From a virus (Duplodnaviria > Caudoviricetes), in the IMG/VR virus record IMGVR_UViG_3300033463_000045, positions 32,001-96,000 of that record: a stretch of 64,000 nucleotides of DNA, one strand, 5' to 3'. Position numbers and translations under genes: made by a program. Under the pieces are notes generated by a model that was not told the origin of the DNA, did no database searches, and saw only the letters and a list, made by a program, of their open reading frames with translations. This document shows positions 38,758-49,370 of this stretch, one piece after another (position 1 is the stretch's first letter; each line of letters begins with the position of its first letter).

Positions 38758-40188
38758 ATGGTAAATAATACTAATACTCAAAAATTTAATTTAAATACAG
38801 AACCTAGATTAGAACAGATATTAATATCATTGACAAGAGAAACATATTTACCTGTTATTAATATGTTAAAACAAGGTTTATCAGAAATAGATAGACCTTC
38901 AGTAGAATTATTAGATAAATATTTATGGTTAGTTGAAGGAAATCTTAATGGAAAACCGCCTTCAATAGAATTATTAAGAAGAGAATTTCCAACTTTAAAT
39001 TTTGATAATATTCAAATGATTAATAATATAGATGAACTAACCGATATGGTTTATGCTTTTATTAATATGAAGAATTGGAGATATGGTTCAAATTTATTAG
39101 TAAGTTTAGCTGATAAGAATAGAACTCAAGGTTTAACAGATGAAGATACAGATTCTATTTATAAATATTTAGCTAAAACAACTGCAACAGATAATTATAA
39201 ATCAATAGCAGATAAAGATACTTTTTTAGATTTATATGATAAGCAAGCAAAATTAAAAGGTATTTCATTTTTAAGTCCTGAATTAGACCAATTAACTGGT
39301 GGAATTATGCCTGGACAAATATGTACAATATTAGGAGCTCCAGGTAGTATGAAAACAACTTATTCAAGTAATATAGCTTATAATGCAATGAGAGATGGTA
39401 AAAATATATTATATTTATCATTAGAAGAGCAGCCATTACAATTATTATCTAAATGGCTATCTAGATGCTCATTAGATATTAATAAACCATTACCTCAAAA
39501 AGATATAGTTCAAAGAACATTAGATGATAAGCAAAAGAAAATTTTATTTGATGAGGTATTTGAAAAATTTAAATCTTATCCAGGAAAGTTATATATAGTT
39601 GGAGAACAAGATTTACCTAATTATTCTTTATCTACATTAGAAGCTAAATTTAAAGAAATAGATAAATTAGCAAGAAAAGAAACAGAGCATGGAATAGATT
39701 TAGTTGTCGTAGACCATATTCAATTATTAAAATTTGCTATTTCAGGTTTAGATACTATTTCAACAATTAATATGTATGTATCATTTTTTAGGCAACAATC
39801 ATTATCTTGGTTACATGAAAAAAGAAATGTATCTATAATATTATTATCACAAGCAAATAGAGAAGGTTATTCGTATGCTCAAAAGAATAATGGAGCATAT
39901 TTATCACAACACGTGGCAGAAGCTAGTGAAGTAGAAAGAGCTTCCGCTTATATAATATCTGTATATACAGATGCAATGTCTCAAATAACAAATCAATTAA
40001 CATTATGCGCTGTTAAATTAAGAGGTTCTGCTTTACCTCCAAGTGTAATACCTATTTACGAAGATGGTTCAGTTTACCAGGTAGGTGAAATAAATAAGAC
40101 AATTGTTGATTTAGATGATAATATAGTTACAAATGATAATTCTAAAATAACTATGGATGCTTTAGATAGTATGTTAGGAGACTTATAA
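38758..40188 (+). CDS. dnaB: DnaB-like replicative helicase
   Basis: LDQLTGG, GAPGSMKT, YLSLE, VVDHIQL, LSQANR, KLR. Confidence 0.9.
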   Translation: MVNNTNTQKFNLNTEPRLEQILISLTRETYLPVINMLKQGLSEIDRPSVELLDKYLWLVEGNLNGKPPSIELLRREFPTLNFDNIQMINNIDELTDMVYAFINMKNWRYGSNLLVSLADKNRTQGLTDEDTDSIYKYLAKTTATDNYKSIADKDTFLDLYDKQAKLKGISFLSPELDQLTGGIMPGQICTILGAPGSMKTTYSSNIAYNAMRDGKNILYLSLEEQPLQLLSKWLSRCSLDINKPLPQKDIVQRTLDDKQKKILFDEVFEKFKSYPGKLYIVGEQDLPNYSLSTLEAKFKEIDKLARKETEHGIDLVVVDHIQLLKFAISGLDTISTINMYVSFFRQQSLSWLHEKRNVSIILLSQANREGYSYAQKNNGAYLSQHVAEASEVERASAYIISVYTDAMSQITNQLTLCAVKLRGSALPPSVIPIYEDGSVYQVGEINKTIVDLDDNIVTNDNSKITMDALDSMLGDL

Positions 40189-40189
40189 T

Positions 40190-40900
40190 ATGACAGAACA
40201 AGAATTAGAAAATGCAAAAAGAAATATTAATAGAGTCAATTTAAGATTATCTAATTTAACTCAAAATATTAATGAGATTAAAGAGAAGTTTAAGCATTGT
40301 AAAGTATTTAAATTAGATAGATTAAATAATAATATAAAGTTAAAGCAAGTTAAATTAGAAGATATAGACTTTAAAAAATCAAATGTATTTATTTCAGATT
40401 CATTAGATATATTACCATTATTTACATATATAGGTTTGATTCAATTAAATAATGTTATTTATCCAGATATTTCTTCTTCAGGAATAAATAGTATTATTAA
40501 AACAACATATATGATAGTTAACTCAAGAGATATTAGATATAGTAAAATTCCTCAAGATTCATTCTATAATGATAATAGAGATGGAGTATTACCAGATTCT
40601 TGGAATAGTATTAATTTCTTTAAGAAAGATATAATTGCTTGGAGATTATCTAATGATGTAGGAATTGGTGAAGATGAAAAGATGTTTAGTGGTTGCGCTT
40701 CATGGATTGAAGATAGATATAATGATAGAAAGATAGATTGGATTTTCTATAGAGGAAGTTATGATTTATTTAAAACAAATTATACAGCAATTTCTAATTT
40801 AGAATTACCTATCTATAAGATAGATTATGATAATTCTAAAGTAAAATTAAAAGAGTCAGAAGAAAAACATAATAATATATATAAAGGAAGTGTATTTTGA
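40190..40900 (+). CDS. Hypothetical protein downstream of helicase
   Basis: Coupled ORF. Confidence 0.65.
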   Translation: MTEQELENAKRNINRVNLRLSNLTQNINEIKEKFKHCKVFKLDRLNNNIKLKQVKLEDIDFKKSNVFISDSLDILPLFTYIGLIQLNNVIYPDISSSGINSIIKTTYMIVNSRDIRYSKIPQDSFYNDNRDGVLPDSWNSINFFKKDIIAWRLSNDVGIGEDEKMFSGCASWIEDRYNDRKIDWIFYRGSYDLFKTNYTAISNLELPIYKIDYDNSKVKLKESEEKHNNIYKGSVF

Positions 40901-41124
40901 TGATAAAGTTCTTTGTTAATAAAAATCAATTATATAATTTTTTAGAATTAAAGGAACCTGTTCAGTTAGTTAATTATATATTTAGTGAAGATTATTTTGA
41001 ATTTAATTATGAATTAAAAGATGTTATTATAAATATTTATAATACAACAGCAACAATAGAATTATCTACATTTAGAAAGAGGGTAAAAAATAAATGGCAA
41101 AAGATGAGAACAAAAAGAAAATAG
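40897..41124 (+). CDS. Hypothetical protein
   Basis: Overlapping ORF. Confidence 0.6.
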   Translation: MMIKFFVNKNQLYNFLELKEPVQLVNYIFSEDYFEFNYELKDVIINIYNTTATIELSTFRKRVKNKWQKMRTKRK

Positions 41125-41702
41125 AATTAGATACTACAGATAAAATGCTTAATAATTTAGAAGATAGTTTTAATGATTTAAATTTATCAGATTTATCTTT
41201 AATAGATGATTCTGGTTTATCTAATACAATGCAACCAGTAACAACAGAATTATTAGAAGATATAAAAAGAATTGCTCCAACATTAACGACAGAACAAGTA
41301 CAACAATTAGTTGATTATATTAAAGGTGGAGAAAGACCTGATTTTGTTGACTTAATGTTAACACAAACAAATGGCAAATTAACTGAATTATTAAAAGTAA
41401 TGTCAATATTACAATTAGTACAATTACCAAAATTATATGATTATCAAAGAGCTATACAGGAAAATCTATTAAATCCAGAAATGTTAAAGAATATGACAGC
41501 AAATGACTTATCTACTGAGGCAGTTAATATTCAAAAACAAATTAGTGATATATTATCTACTTCATTAAAAATAAATACACAAACTAATCCAGATAATGCA
41601 ATGCCAACTAAAGTAGAAAAGATTGCAAATCAATTAATGGGTTGCAGTGAAGCAACTCGTCAAAGAGTTATTGAAATATTAGAAGCAGACCAACAAGAAT
41701 AA
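41094..41702 (+). CDS. Hypothetical helical protein
   Basis: SD; ORF. Confidence 0.7.
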   Translation: MAKDENKKKIELDTTDKMLNNLEDSFNDLNLSDLSLIDDSGLSNTMQPVTTELLEDIKRIAPTLTTEQVQQLVDYIKGGERPDFVDLMLTQTNGKLTELLKVMSILQLVQLPKLYDYQRAIQENLLNPEMLKNMTANDLSTEAVNIQKQISDILSTSLKINTQTNPDNAMPTKVEKIANQLMGCSEATRQRVIEILEADQQE

Positions 41703-41712
41703 TGGTGATATT

Positions 41713-42081
41713 ATGAATCAAAAATTATTAGAAAAAATAGAAGAAAAATATAAAGAAGCAAAAGTGTTAGCAGAAAAATATTCATTTACAGAAGTTTGGT
41801 TAAATACAGGAGAAAAGTTAAAAGATATAAATGATGAGTACGCTAGACAAGTTAATTTTACAAGCTTATATAGACAAAAAGAAAAAGATTTATTATTTAT
41901 ATTATCTTTATTACAAGAAGCTTCTAGCAATATTCAAAACACTCCTAGAGGTCAATCTACAATTAAGTTAATAGATACTTATTCAAATAATATTAAATCA
42001 TTATTAAAGGTATATCAAAAAATAGATGAAACGCAAACAACAATATTAAGGTATTATGAAAAAGGAGGAGCTACATTATAG
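41713..42081 (+). CDS. Hypothetical protein
   Basis: ORF ending in terminator hairpin GAGCTA-catta-TAGCTC-TTTT. Confidence 0.65.
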   Translation: MNQKLLEKIEEKYKEAKVLAEKYSFTEVWLNTGEKLKDINDEYARQVNFTSLYRQKEKDLLFILSLLQEASSNIQNTPRGQSTIKLIDTYSNNIKSLLKVYQKIDETQTTILRYYEKGGATL

Positions 42082-42100
42082 CTCTTTTATTTTGTATTAT

Positions 42101-42123
42101 TTTTCATTAAATATAGATAAAGA
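42101..42123 (+). promoter_or_regulatory. Class-2 (putative late) motif
   Basis: TTTTCATTAAATATAGATAAAGA, identical to 54333-54355. Confidence 0.65.
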
Positions 42124-42169
42124 TAATATACGCACATATTAATATAAATTAACAGAAAGGAAAGTTATT

Positions 42170-42379
42170 ATGGTTACAGTAGGAAAAATAGAAAGAACTA
42201 TTTTTGGTCAAGAAGGCGAAGAAAAAGTCTTAGTTGAATTAAGAGGTTTATCAACAGATACTCCTAAACCAACAGAACTAAATAGTCAAAAGATTGAAAA
42301 TGGTTCTACATTTATAGAAATAGATACAGGAAAAATATATATGTATGATTATGAAAATGAAGAATGGAAGGAGATTTAG
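42170..42379 (+). CDS. Small virion-associated protein
   Basis: GLSTDTPKP...NGSTFIEIDTGKIYMYD...W, a motif common next to tail fibres. Confidence 0.65.
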   Translation: MVTVGKIERTIFGQEGEEKVLVELRGLSTDTPKPTELNSQKIENGSTFIEIDTGKIYMYDYENEEWKEI

Positions 42380-42382
42380 TTT

Positions 42383-43756
42383 ATGGACATACCAAGTTAT
42401 TTATTAGGTAAACAAAAAGGCGGAGGAGGAACTCCTTATATATTACCTCCAGCAACAACTAATTCATTAGGTGGAATTAAAGTTGGTAATAATTTAACAG
42501 TAGAGAATGATGGTACTTTATCACCAGAAATTCTTAATGTTACATTTGATTATAATTTTGTTAGCAGATATTTTACAAATTTAGGACAAAATATAAAAGT
42601 TACTAATGCAGATGATATTGCAATTTTTGAAGATATAGAAACTTATTTAACAGCTCATGAAGAAGCAGATATAAATGCTTTTGTTGAGTATGGACAAGGA
42701 TATAATAAAATTCCAATAGAAACAGTTATCGATAATGGTTCTTTAAAAGAATTACATGGTAATATTACAATATCTACTGGAGATTGCTTCATTATGTCTG
42801 TTTATAAACAAGGTAATGATTTTTATATTAAACCAAATATATTTAATGTAAATTCTGGTGGAGGAAGTAGTATAACTCCAGTATTTGTACCAGTGGAAAC
42901 TATTATGGAAGCATATATTAATGCAATTTATCCAGTATGTCAGGGAATAGATTTTCCACTTAATACAGGATTTCCTTGGGAAGAATATCCTCATTTAGAA
43001 ATAGATTCAACAACATATCAAGATGAATATTCAGCAATAAAAGCAATTTTTGAAGACCCATATAATACAAAAAATATATTCTTTACATTAGATGGAATAG
43101 AATTACCTTGGTCATTTCAAAGAGACCCTCTTTCTAATTCTACACCATATACAGGAAATTTAACTATTAAAATACAAGATAATCTAGTTGTAATTGTTGC
43201 ATCACCAGAAGATGAAGAATCTGAAGACGACCCTATAGTATTTACTCATCCATTTCAAATGTATGCTACACCAATAAAAGCAGACCATACATTATACCCA
43301 TATTATTTGATTAATGTAGTAAATGAATCAGAGTTACAATCTTCTACTGGTGGACATAATCAATTTAGTACATATACTTATACAATAGATTTTGGTAATC
43401 CATTTCCAGAACCAGGAGACCCTATAACTCATAATGTTGTATTATATAATAATTTAATGCTATTATTAAATGCATGGCAATATGCTTATTATCCAAGTGG
43501 AGATTTCTATAGAGGTAGAGAATTAAAAGATTTCTTATTCTATTTAAGAACTCCTCATTTCAGTGATGGTATTCCAGTATATCAAATAAGATATGCTGAC
43601 CTTGAAGGTAAAGATAGTAATACTATATATTTCTCTTCATCACCAATAAATGCATCTGATGCTAATATAAATATGATAACAGGAACTATTGATATATCTC
43701 AAGACCCACCTGTGATTGAGTATACAGAATATTTCTTTGATAATACTCAAGCATAG
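42383..43756 (+). CDS. Tail/head fibre-like structural protein
   Basis: YILPPATTNSLGGIKVGNNLTVENDGTLS fibre repeat. Confidence 0.6.
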   Translation: MDIPSYLLGKQKGGGGTPYILPPATTNSLGGIKVGNNLTVENDGTLSPEILNVTFDYNFVSRYFTNLGQNIKVTNADDIAIFEDIETYLTAHEEADINAFVEYGQGYNKIPIETVIDNGSLKELHGNITISTGDCFIMSVYKQGNDFYIKPNIFNVNSGGGSSITPVFVPVETIMEAYINAIYPVCQGIDFPLNTGFPWEEYPHLEIDSTTYQDEYSAIKAIFEDPYNTKNIFFTLDGIELPWSFQRDPLSNSTPYTGNLTIKIQDNLVVIVASPEDEESEDDPIVFTHPFQMYATPIKADHTLYPYYLINVVNESELQSSTGGHNQFSTYTYTIDFGNPFPEPGDPITHNVVLYNNLMLLLNAWQYAYYPSGDFYRGRELKDFLFYLRTPHFSDGIPVYQIRYADLEGKDSNTIYFSSSPINASDANINMITGTIDISQDPPVIEYTEYFFDNTQA

Positions 43757-43772
43757 ATAAAAGGAGTTTATT

Positions 43773-44057
43773 TTGGAATATTTTGTTTCGATATTAGCAA
43801 TTATAGTTCCATCTTTAGTAACATTAATAACAAGTTCAAAACAACTTAAAATTTCTAAGATGCATGCTGCAAAACAAAGTATTTTACAAATGCAGATGGA
43901 AGACGTAATTGCTGTTGAAATATTACATAAAGTTCCAGTTAATCATACAAATATTCATTATGAATATGATGAATATAAAAAAGCAGGTGGAAATTCAGAT
44001 ATAGATTTAAAAATGGTAGAATATGAAGAGTGGTATGGAAAGATAAATAAAAAATAA
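43773..44057 (+). CDS. Holin-like or membrane protein
   Basis: N-terminal TM; YDEYKKAGGNS motif; TTG start with SD. Confidence 0.5.
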   Translation: MEYFVSILAIIVPSLVTLITSSKQLKISKMHAAKQSILQMQMEDVIAVEILHKVPVNHTNIHYEYDEYKKAGGNSDIDLKMVEYEEWYGKINKK

Positions 44058-44114
44058 ATATAGTTAGTAGCTATATTTATTTTATTTTGAATTTAACTTT
44101 TTATTTATTATTTA

Positions 44115-44130
44115 TTTTCATAAATAATAG
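44115..44130 (+). promoter_or_regulatory. Class-2 motif variant
   Basis: TTTTCATAAATAATAG, following a terminator at about 44053-44090. Confidence 0.5.
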
Positions 44131-44144
44131 AAAAGAGGAATATT

Positions 44145-44498
44145 ATGCGTCTAAGATTAAAAAATTCAGAAGAATTGGTAGAATCTGATAATACAACGAC
44201 AGCATTTATTGATATTGATGAAATATTATATTTTGCAGAGAAATATTTAAATGATGTTGTTGGAAAAGGATTTTCAATATATAAAAGACCAGATGGTCAA
44301 TTTATGTTAACGATGTTACAAAGTGAAATAGACAATTGGTTGGAATTACATAATAAAGTAAATAATATAGGAAATACAAATGAATCTGAAGATTCTTCAG
44401 AAGCAACACAACCAAATGATATTGCTAAAAAAGAAGAATATAAAAATATGGTAACTCCTACATTTAAAGTAGGAAAAAAGATTAAGGAGGAAAAATAA
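44145..44498 (+). CDS. Putative head/core protein (MRLRLK leader)
   Basis: LVES and TNES motifs. Confidence 0.6.
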   Translation: MRLRLKNSEELVESDNTTTAFIDIDEILYFAEKYLNDVVGKGFSIYKRPDGQFMLTMLQSEIDNWLELHNKVNNIGNTNESEDSSEATQPNDIAKKEEYKNMVTPTFKVGKKIKEEK

Positions 44499-44499
44499 T

Positions 44500-44760
44500 A
44501 TGAAAGCATTTTTTAAAGATAGTAATAAAATAATAATTAATTCAATGACTTATGATGAAGCATTGGTAGGAAAACAATTCTTAAAGGATTTAGAAGGTAA
44601 GCAATTAAAAGCAGAACAAAGAAATGATATTAATGATGATTTTGATGGTTTAGTTCTTACTATTGAAGAAATTCCTACATCTACAACACCTGAAGAACCA
44701 GAAGAACAAATAACTGAAGATACAGTTAATACAGTAATAGATAATGATAATGAAGGATAG
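44500..44760 (+). CDS. Acidic hypothetical protein
   Basis: SD AAGGAGG. Confidence 0.65.
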   Translation: MKAFFKDSNKIIINSMTYDEALVGKQFLKDLEGKQLKAEQRNDINDDFDGLVLTIEEIPTSTTPEEPEEQITEDTVNTVIDNDNEG

Positions 44761-44794
44761 TATATTTATTAGATAGAAAGAGAGATGTTATTTA

Positions 44795-45385
44795 ATGAAA
44801 ATTAGATTAAAAGAAGCTCCATTTGAAGAAGAAAATTATGTTGAAGATTTTACTAACAGTACTCCAGAAGTTCAAGCTCCATTAGATTTAGAAGTTGTAG
44901 AACCTGAAACAACCGATGAAGAATCTATTTTTATAGATGAAACAGACCCTAAGTTGACTGAGTTTATCTGTTCTGATGCATTAAATGAATTAAGAGATAT
45001 ATTAATAGAATTACCAGAAGATATTCATTTATTATTATTAGATAATAAAGTTATAGTAATAGCTAGAAATAGTAATGATGAGAAAAATGAAACATTCTTA
45101 TATTGTTTAAGAGATGAAGATGATGAATTTACTTTAATTCAAATGCCTTTAAAATTAGATGAGATATTAGCAAATGATTCTATAATTCAATATACTCCAG
45201 CAAATATTTCTGATGTACATGATAAAGTAGTAGAATTATTTGCAAGAGAATTGGAACCAGAAGATGAAGAAACAGAAGAAGTAATTCCTGAAGAAAGTAT
45301 AGAAGATAATATAGATAATGATATAGAAGAAGATATAAATATTGAGGAGGAAGACGAGGATGAAGAAGATAAAATTAGTTCTTAA
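44795..45385 (+). CDS. Highly acidic protein, putative prohead core
   Basis: MKIRLKE|A leader; E/D-rich. Confidence 0.6.
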   Translation: MKIRLKEAPFEEENYVEDFTNSTPEVQAPLDLEVVEPETTDEESIFIDETDPKLTEFICSDALNELRDILIELPEDIHLLLLDNKVIVIARNSNDEKNETFLYCLRDEDDEFTLIQMPLKLDEILANDSIIQYTPANISDVHDKVVELFARELEPEDEETEEVIPEESIEDNIDNDIEEDINIEEEDEDEEDKISS

Positions 45386-46589
45386 TGAATCTTTAGTTAC
45401 TAATATAAATACTAATCAAGTAGACCTAATTGAAGATGTATCAGTACAACAAAAACCTGATTATCAAATTATTGATATTACAGTAATTCCTGATGAAGAA
45501 TATAATCCTACAATTCAATCAATTTTAATTGACCTAGATGAAAGCAGTAGATTATGTGAATCTGTAGATGAATCTAAAAATTTATCTATTAATATATTAT
45601 CTGAAACAGTTAACATAAAAACAGGTTATAGTAATTCATTATTTGAATTTGAAAATAAAAATCATACTATTACATTATCATTGGTTCTACAAGAGACTGA
45701 AAAAAGAGGAATTTATAAAGTTGAAGCATACACAACTAAAGGTGAAAAGGTATTTGAATCAAATACTTGCAAACCTAGAAAATTAATTGAATCATATTTA
45801 AATAGTTTAGCTGTTGAGTATTTAATTGATAGACCATTAAAAGAATCAGAACAAGATGATATGGAATGGTTAAAAGATACTGGATATGAAGATGAATTAG
45901 AAGAAATGATAAAGAATTTTAAACCAAGTGGAGATATAGAAAAAGATACACTTCGTTTAGTAAATCGCGCTAGTAATTATTTTTATGATATTGTTGGTAT
46001 ACATAATGACAATGTAGAAAGAGCATATTATACTTGGGCAGAAGAAAAAGCTAAACAATTAAATGAAACAGAAGATAAAAAATTACATAAATTAAATGAA
46101 TCAAATTTAAAAGAAGATGCGATTGATAATGCGAGAGCTGATACTGCTATGGGTGGTGTAGCTTATGATGATTATATGACAAATTTTAGACAAGACAACT
46201 CAGATGAAAATGAAGACCCTATTAAAGATGATGTTAAAAGAGATTTAAATATAGAACCCGGTTCAGATGAAGAATCAATGTTGGACGACTTGTATTATGA
46301 CGATGAAGAAATTGAAGAAGAAAAAGATTATTCAGTAGAAGAATTTATGCAAGCAAATAAATTAACTGATGAAGTTAAAAATTTAAATATAGATTATTCA
46401 GAATGGAATAACATGAATCAAGAAGAAAGAGATAAATTAGTTACTCCTGAATTAAATAGATTTTATAATAAATATAAAGTAGAATTTGATAAAAATCCTA
46501 AATTATTTGAATTATTACAATATAATTTAACTGATGATAACTTCCATACAGAAGCTAAAATATTAAGAGATTTAAGAGGAGGAGAATAA
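45360..46589 (+). CDS. Multi-module protein with xE|S sites
   Basis: MKKIKLVLNE|S behind SD; LCES, VDES, LKES, LNET, LNES, LKED. Confidence 0.65.
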   Translation: MKKIKLVLNESLVTNINTNQVDLIEDVSVQQKPDYQIIDITVIPDEEYNPTIQSILIDLDESSRLCESVDESKNLSINILSETVNIKTGYSNSLFEFENKNHTITLSLVLQETEKRGIYKVEAYTTKGEKVFESNTCKPRKLIESYLNSLAVEYLIDRPLKESEQDDMEWLKDTGYEDELEEMIKNFKPSGDIEKDTLRLVNRASNYFYDIVGIHNDNVERAYYTWAEEKAKQLNETEDKKLHKLNESNLKEDAIDNARADTAMGGVAYDDYMTNFRQDNSDENEDPIKDDVKRDLNIEPGSDEESMLDDLYYDDEEIEEEKDYSVEEFMQANKLTDEVKNLNIDYSEWNNMNQEERDKLVTPELNRFYNKYKVEFDKNPKLFELLQYNLTDDNFHTEAKILRDLRGGE

Positions 46590-46592
46590 TAT

Positions 46593-48017
46593 ATGAGAAT
46601 ACCAAAAGGATTTATTAAAGACTCAGAAGGAATTTATAGAAGAGGAAATTTTGTATTTAGAGATAACAAAATATTTAGAGAATCCGCTATTGTTCCTAAA
46701 GGTACTATTGAAGAAGTTGCTGATAATTATACTACTGTTTCAGAATGTATAAGAGCAATTTTAGCATTCCCTGCTTCTATTGGTGAAAAACCAAGAACAA
46801 CAGATATATATGTTAATAAAGTAGGAAATAATTTTAAACAATCAGATAAATTTACAAAAGATACAGTTGCAATAGTTACATCAGATAGAAATGTAATAGA
46901 TATTAAAGCAAAAGATATTAGTGATTCAACAGAATTTAAAGATTTAATTAGTAAAGATAAACCAGTTAAAGCAAAAGAAATTAAAAGTTTTAGTTCAGAT
47001 AAACCAAAAGATTCTCAAGAAGTAATTAGAACAGGATTAAAGGAATCTGAAAGTTCTATAGTACGAGTTGACGTATATACAGATGCATCAGATGAAAATG
47101 GCATTATACAAGAATTAAGAACAAATTCAAATCCAATACCACAAGAAATAGGAATTAAAGTTCTTAATGAACATGGTCCAGCGGGTGGAAATCCAGAAAT
47201 TCTTTTAATTGGCGATTTAAATGTAATTAAAAACTGGTTACATACTGAGTTATTTGATGATGATATGTATGTTGTAATAAAGGAATCTTATTCAGAAAAA
47301 CTTGGAGGAGACCCAGAAGATTTTATCTCAGATGTAAATGATATATTAGCTCATGTTAAAACATTTGATACAAATAAACTTGCTACTAAATTAGCATATG
47401 AAATAATAGAAGATTTTGAGATGAAATGTGAAGATTTAATTAGTATGGCTAAAGGTAAATATTTAAATATTATATACAGGAATAAATCATTCAATGAATC
47501 TGCTGAGGGTGTTGATGAGTTCTGGGATAAATTTGATAAAGGTGAAGTTAAAATCGGTGACAAATTTGAAAATGGTCCAGAATTATTAAAAGCAAATAAA
47601 AAAGCAGATTATATCTTAGTATTTAAAAATGATGAATATGTTGCCGCTTGGGCTCCTGAATTAAGTGGTGGAGATTTAGTTTGGGGACAAGGACATTATT
47701 TTGATAATGAAAAAGATGCTAACGAATATTTTAGTTCTAAATTAAATGAGTCAGAAAAGTTAAATGAAGAATTTTATGATTGGAACTATAATAGTATATC
47801 AAAAGAACCTGACGAAGAAAAAGAATATCAAGAAGTTAAAAAAGAACTAGAAAAAAAGAGATATTATAATAAATCAATTAAAGATTTTAAAAAAGGGTAT
47901 ATTGATGCTGAAGGTTTAAAAGAAGATTTAATATATAAGTCTGAAGGATTTATTCATAATAATAGAAAATACATAAATAGATATGTTGATGAACTTACTG
48001 GTTCAGCAGAAAAATAA
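46593..48017 (+). CDS. Multi-module polyprotein with xE|S sites
   Basis: FRES, LKES, IKES, FNES, LNES linkers; modules include GPAGGNPEI and AW...WGQGHYF. Confidence 0.7.
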   Translation: MRIPKGFIKDSEGIYRRGNFVFRDNKIFRESAIVPKGTIEEVADNYTTVSECIRAILAFPASIGEKPRTTDIYVNKVGNNFKQSDKFTKDTVAIVTSDRNVIDIKAKDISDSTEFKDLISKDKPVKAKEIKSFSSDKPKDSQEVIRTGLKESESSIVRVDVYTDASDENGIIQELRTNSNPIPQEIGIKVLNEHGPAGGNPEILLIGDLNVIKNWLHTELFDDDMYVVIKESYSEKLGGDPEDFISDVNDILAHVKTFDTNKLATKLAYEIIEDFEMKCEDLISMAKGKYLNIIYRNKSFNESAEGVDEFWDKFDKGEVKIGDKFENGPELLKANKKADYILVFKNDEYVAAWAPELSGGDLVWGQGHYFDNEKDANEYFSSKLNESEKLNEEFYDWNYNSISKEPDEEKEYQEVKKELEKKRYYNKSIKDFKKGYIDAEGLKEDLIYKSEGFIHNNRKYINRYVDELTGSAEK

Positions 48018-48041
48018 AATAAATAGAAAGGAAAAGCAAAT

Positions 48042-49355
48042 ATGAATTTATACGAGTCAATTAAAAAGAATTTAAAAACAAAAGAGAGAATATCTAAATT
48101 AAATGAATCTGAGAATAATTTAAAAGAGGTTATTCGTACAGGTTTAGAAATGAAAGATTATTTAAAGTTAAATGGTTTTGAATCTCTTGTTAATAAAATA
48201 GATGATGATAAAGCAACTTATAGATTATATTTAGACCCAGTAAAAGGAACATTTAGTGGTAATTATAAATTAGAAAAAATAAATGAATCTTGTGGAAGAA
48301 AGAAAAAAATTAAAATAAAAGAAAGTAATTTAGCAAAATATCTTGGAGTTGCTCAATCATTAACAGAAAAAGTAAATCATGCTAATGATGATATTAATGC
48401 TAAAATACTAGAAGCTTTAAGAAGTAAATATAAAGCAAAGAAATATGCAGATGATTTTAAAAAAGCAGGAATTACAGTAGATGATTCACCAAGAGAAGGT
48501 GTTACATTAATTGGACCTAATGGTAAAAGATTATCTGCTGACAGATTAGAAATACATGGACCAGCAAAACCAGGACATAATAATACTCATGGTGGTCGTT
48601 ATGGTTCAAGAATTAAATCTAAAATAAAAGATTTAGATAATTATAATAAGAGAATAGCAGAACAAAAAGAAAATATTGAAAATCTTAAAAATGCTGAGCA
48701 TGATGATATTATTAGAAAATATCCTAATAAAACTACTGAAGAAGCTTTAAAAGCACATGAAGATAATATTGCTAGTGAAGAAAGTAGTTTAAATTGGAAT
48801 AAGAGATGGAGAAAAGATACTCAAAAAGATATTGCTCGTGAACATAGAAATCGTGCTGAGGGACATAATAGTGATTTAGGATATGGAAATAGAATTATTG
48901 ATAGAAAATCATCTGCGATTGATAAAATAGACTATAAAGGTTATTTAGACTCTAAGGATAATGATATTAATAAAGACTTTACAGGTGGCGGTTATGTAAA
49001 ACCTACTCCAGGACAACAAGTTAGACAAGACCTTAAAAATGCTAAAGATAAAGTAAATAATACTTATTATAGATGGGATGCTCAAGATGTTGCAAGAGAT
49101 AGAAAAATTGATGCGAAAGCAATTGAAGCCCGTAAGAAAGAAATTGAAGAAGAATATAAAAAGAAAATGGACGATGAAGTAAATAGAATGTTAGAAAGAA
49201 AATCTAAAGCAGATTCTAGTTATAAAGACCATAAAGAATATTATAGAAAAAATGTTAATGATTTAAATGCTTTTAGAAAACAACATAATTTACCAACAAA
49301 AGATGAAGATTCATTCGATGATTATCTTGAAAAGAAAGCTAATTCAAATTGGTAA
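48042..49355 (+). CDS. MNLY-leader family protein with basic coiled-coil body
   Basis: MNLYESIKKNL; LNES, INES, IKES, LTEK. Confidence 0.75.
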   Translation: MNLYESIKKNLKTKERISKLNESENNLKEVIRTGLEMKDYLKLNGFESLVNKIDDDKATYRLYLDPVKGTFSGNYKLEKINESCGRKKKIKIKESNLAKYLGVAQSLTEKVNHANDDINAKILEALRSKYKAKKYADDFKKAGITVDDSPREGVTLIGPNGKRLSADRLEIHGPAKPGHNNTHGGRYGSRIKSKIKDLDNYNKRIAEQKENIENLKNAEHDDIIRKYPNKTTEEALKAHEDNIASEESSLNWNKRWRKDTQKDIAREHRNRAEGHNSDLGYGNRIIDRKSSAIDKIDYKGYLDSKDNDINKDFTGGGYVKPTPGQQVRQDLKNAKDKVNNTYYRWDAQDVARDRKIDAKAIEARKKEIEEEYKKKMDDEVNRMLERKSKADSSYKDHKEYYRKNVNDLNAFRKQHNLPTKDEDSFDDYLEKKANSNW

Positions 49356-49370
49356 TAAGGAGGACTTCTT

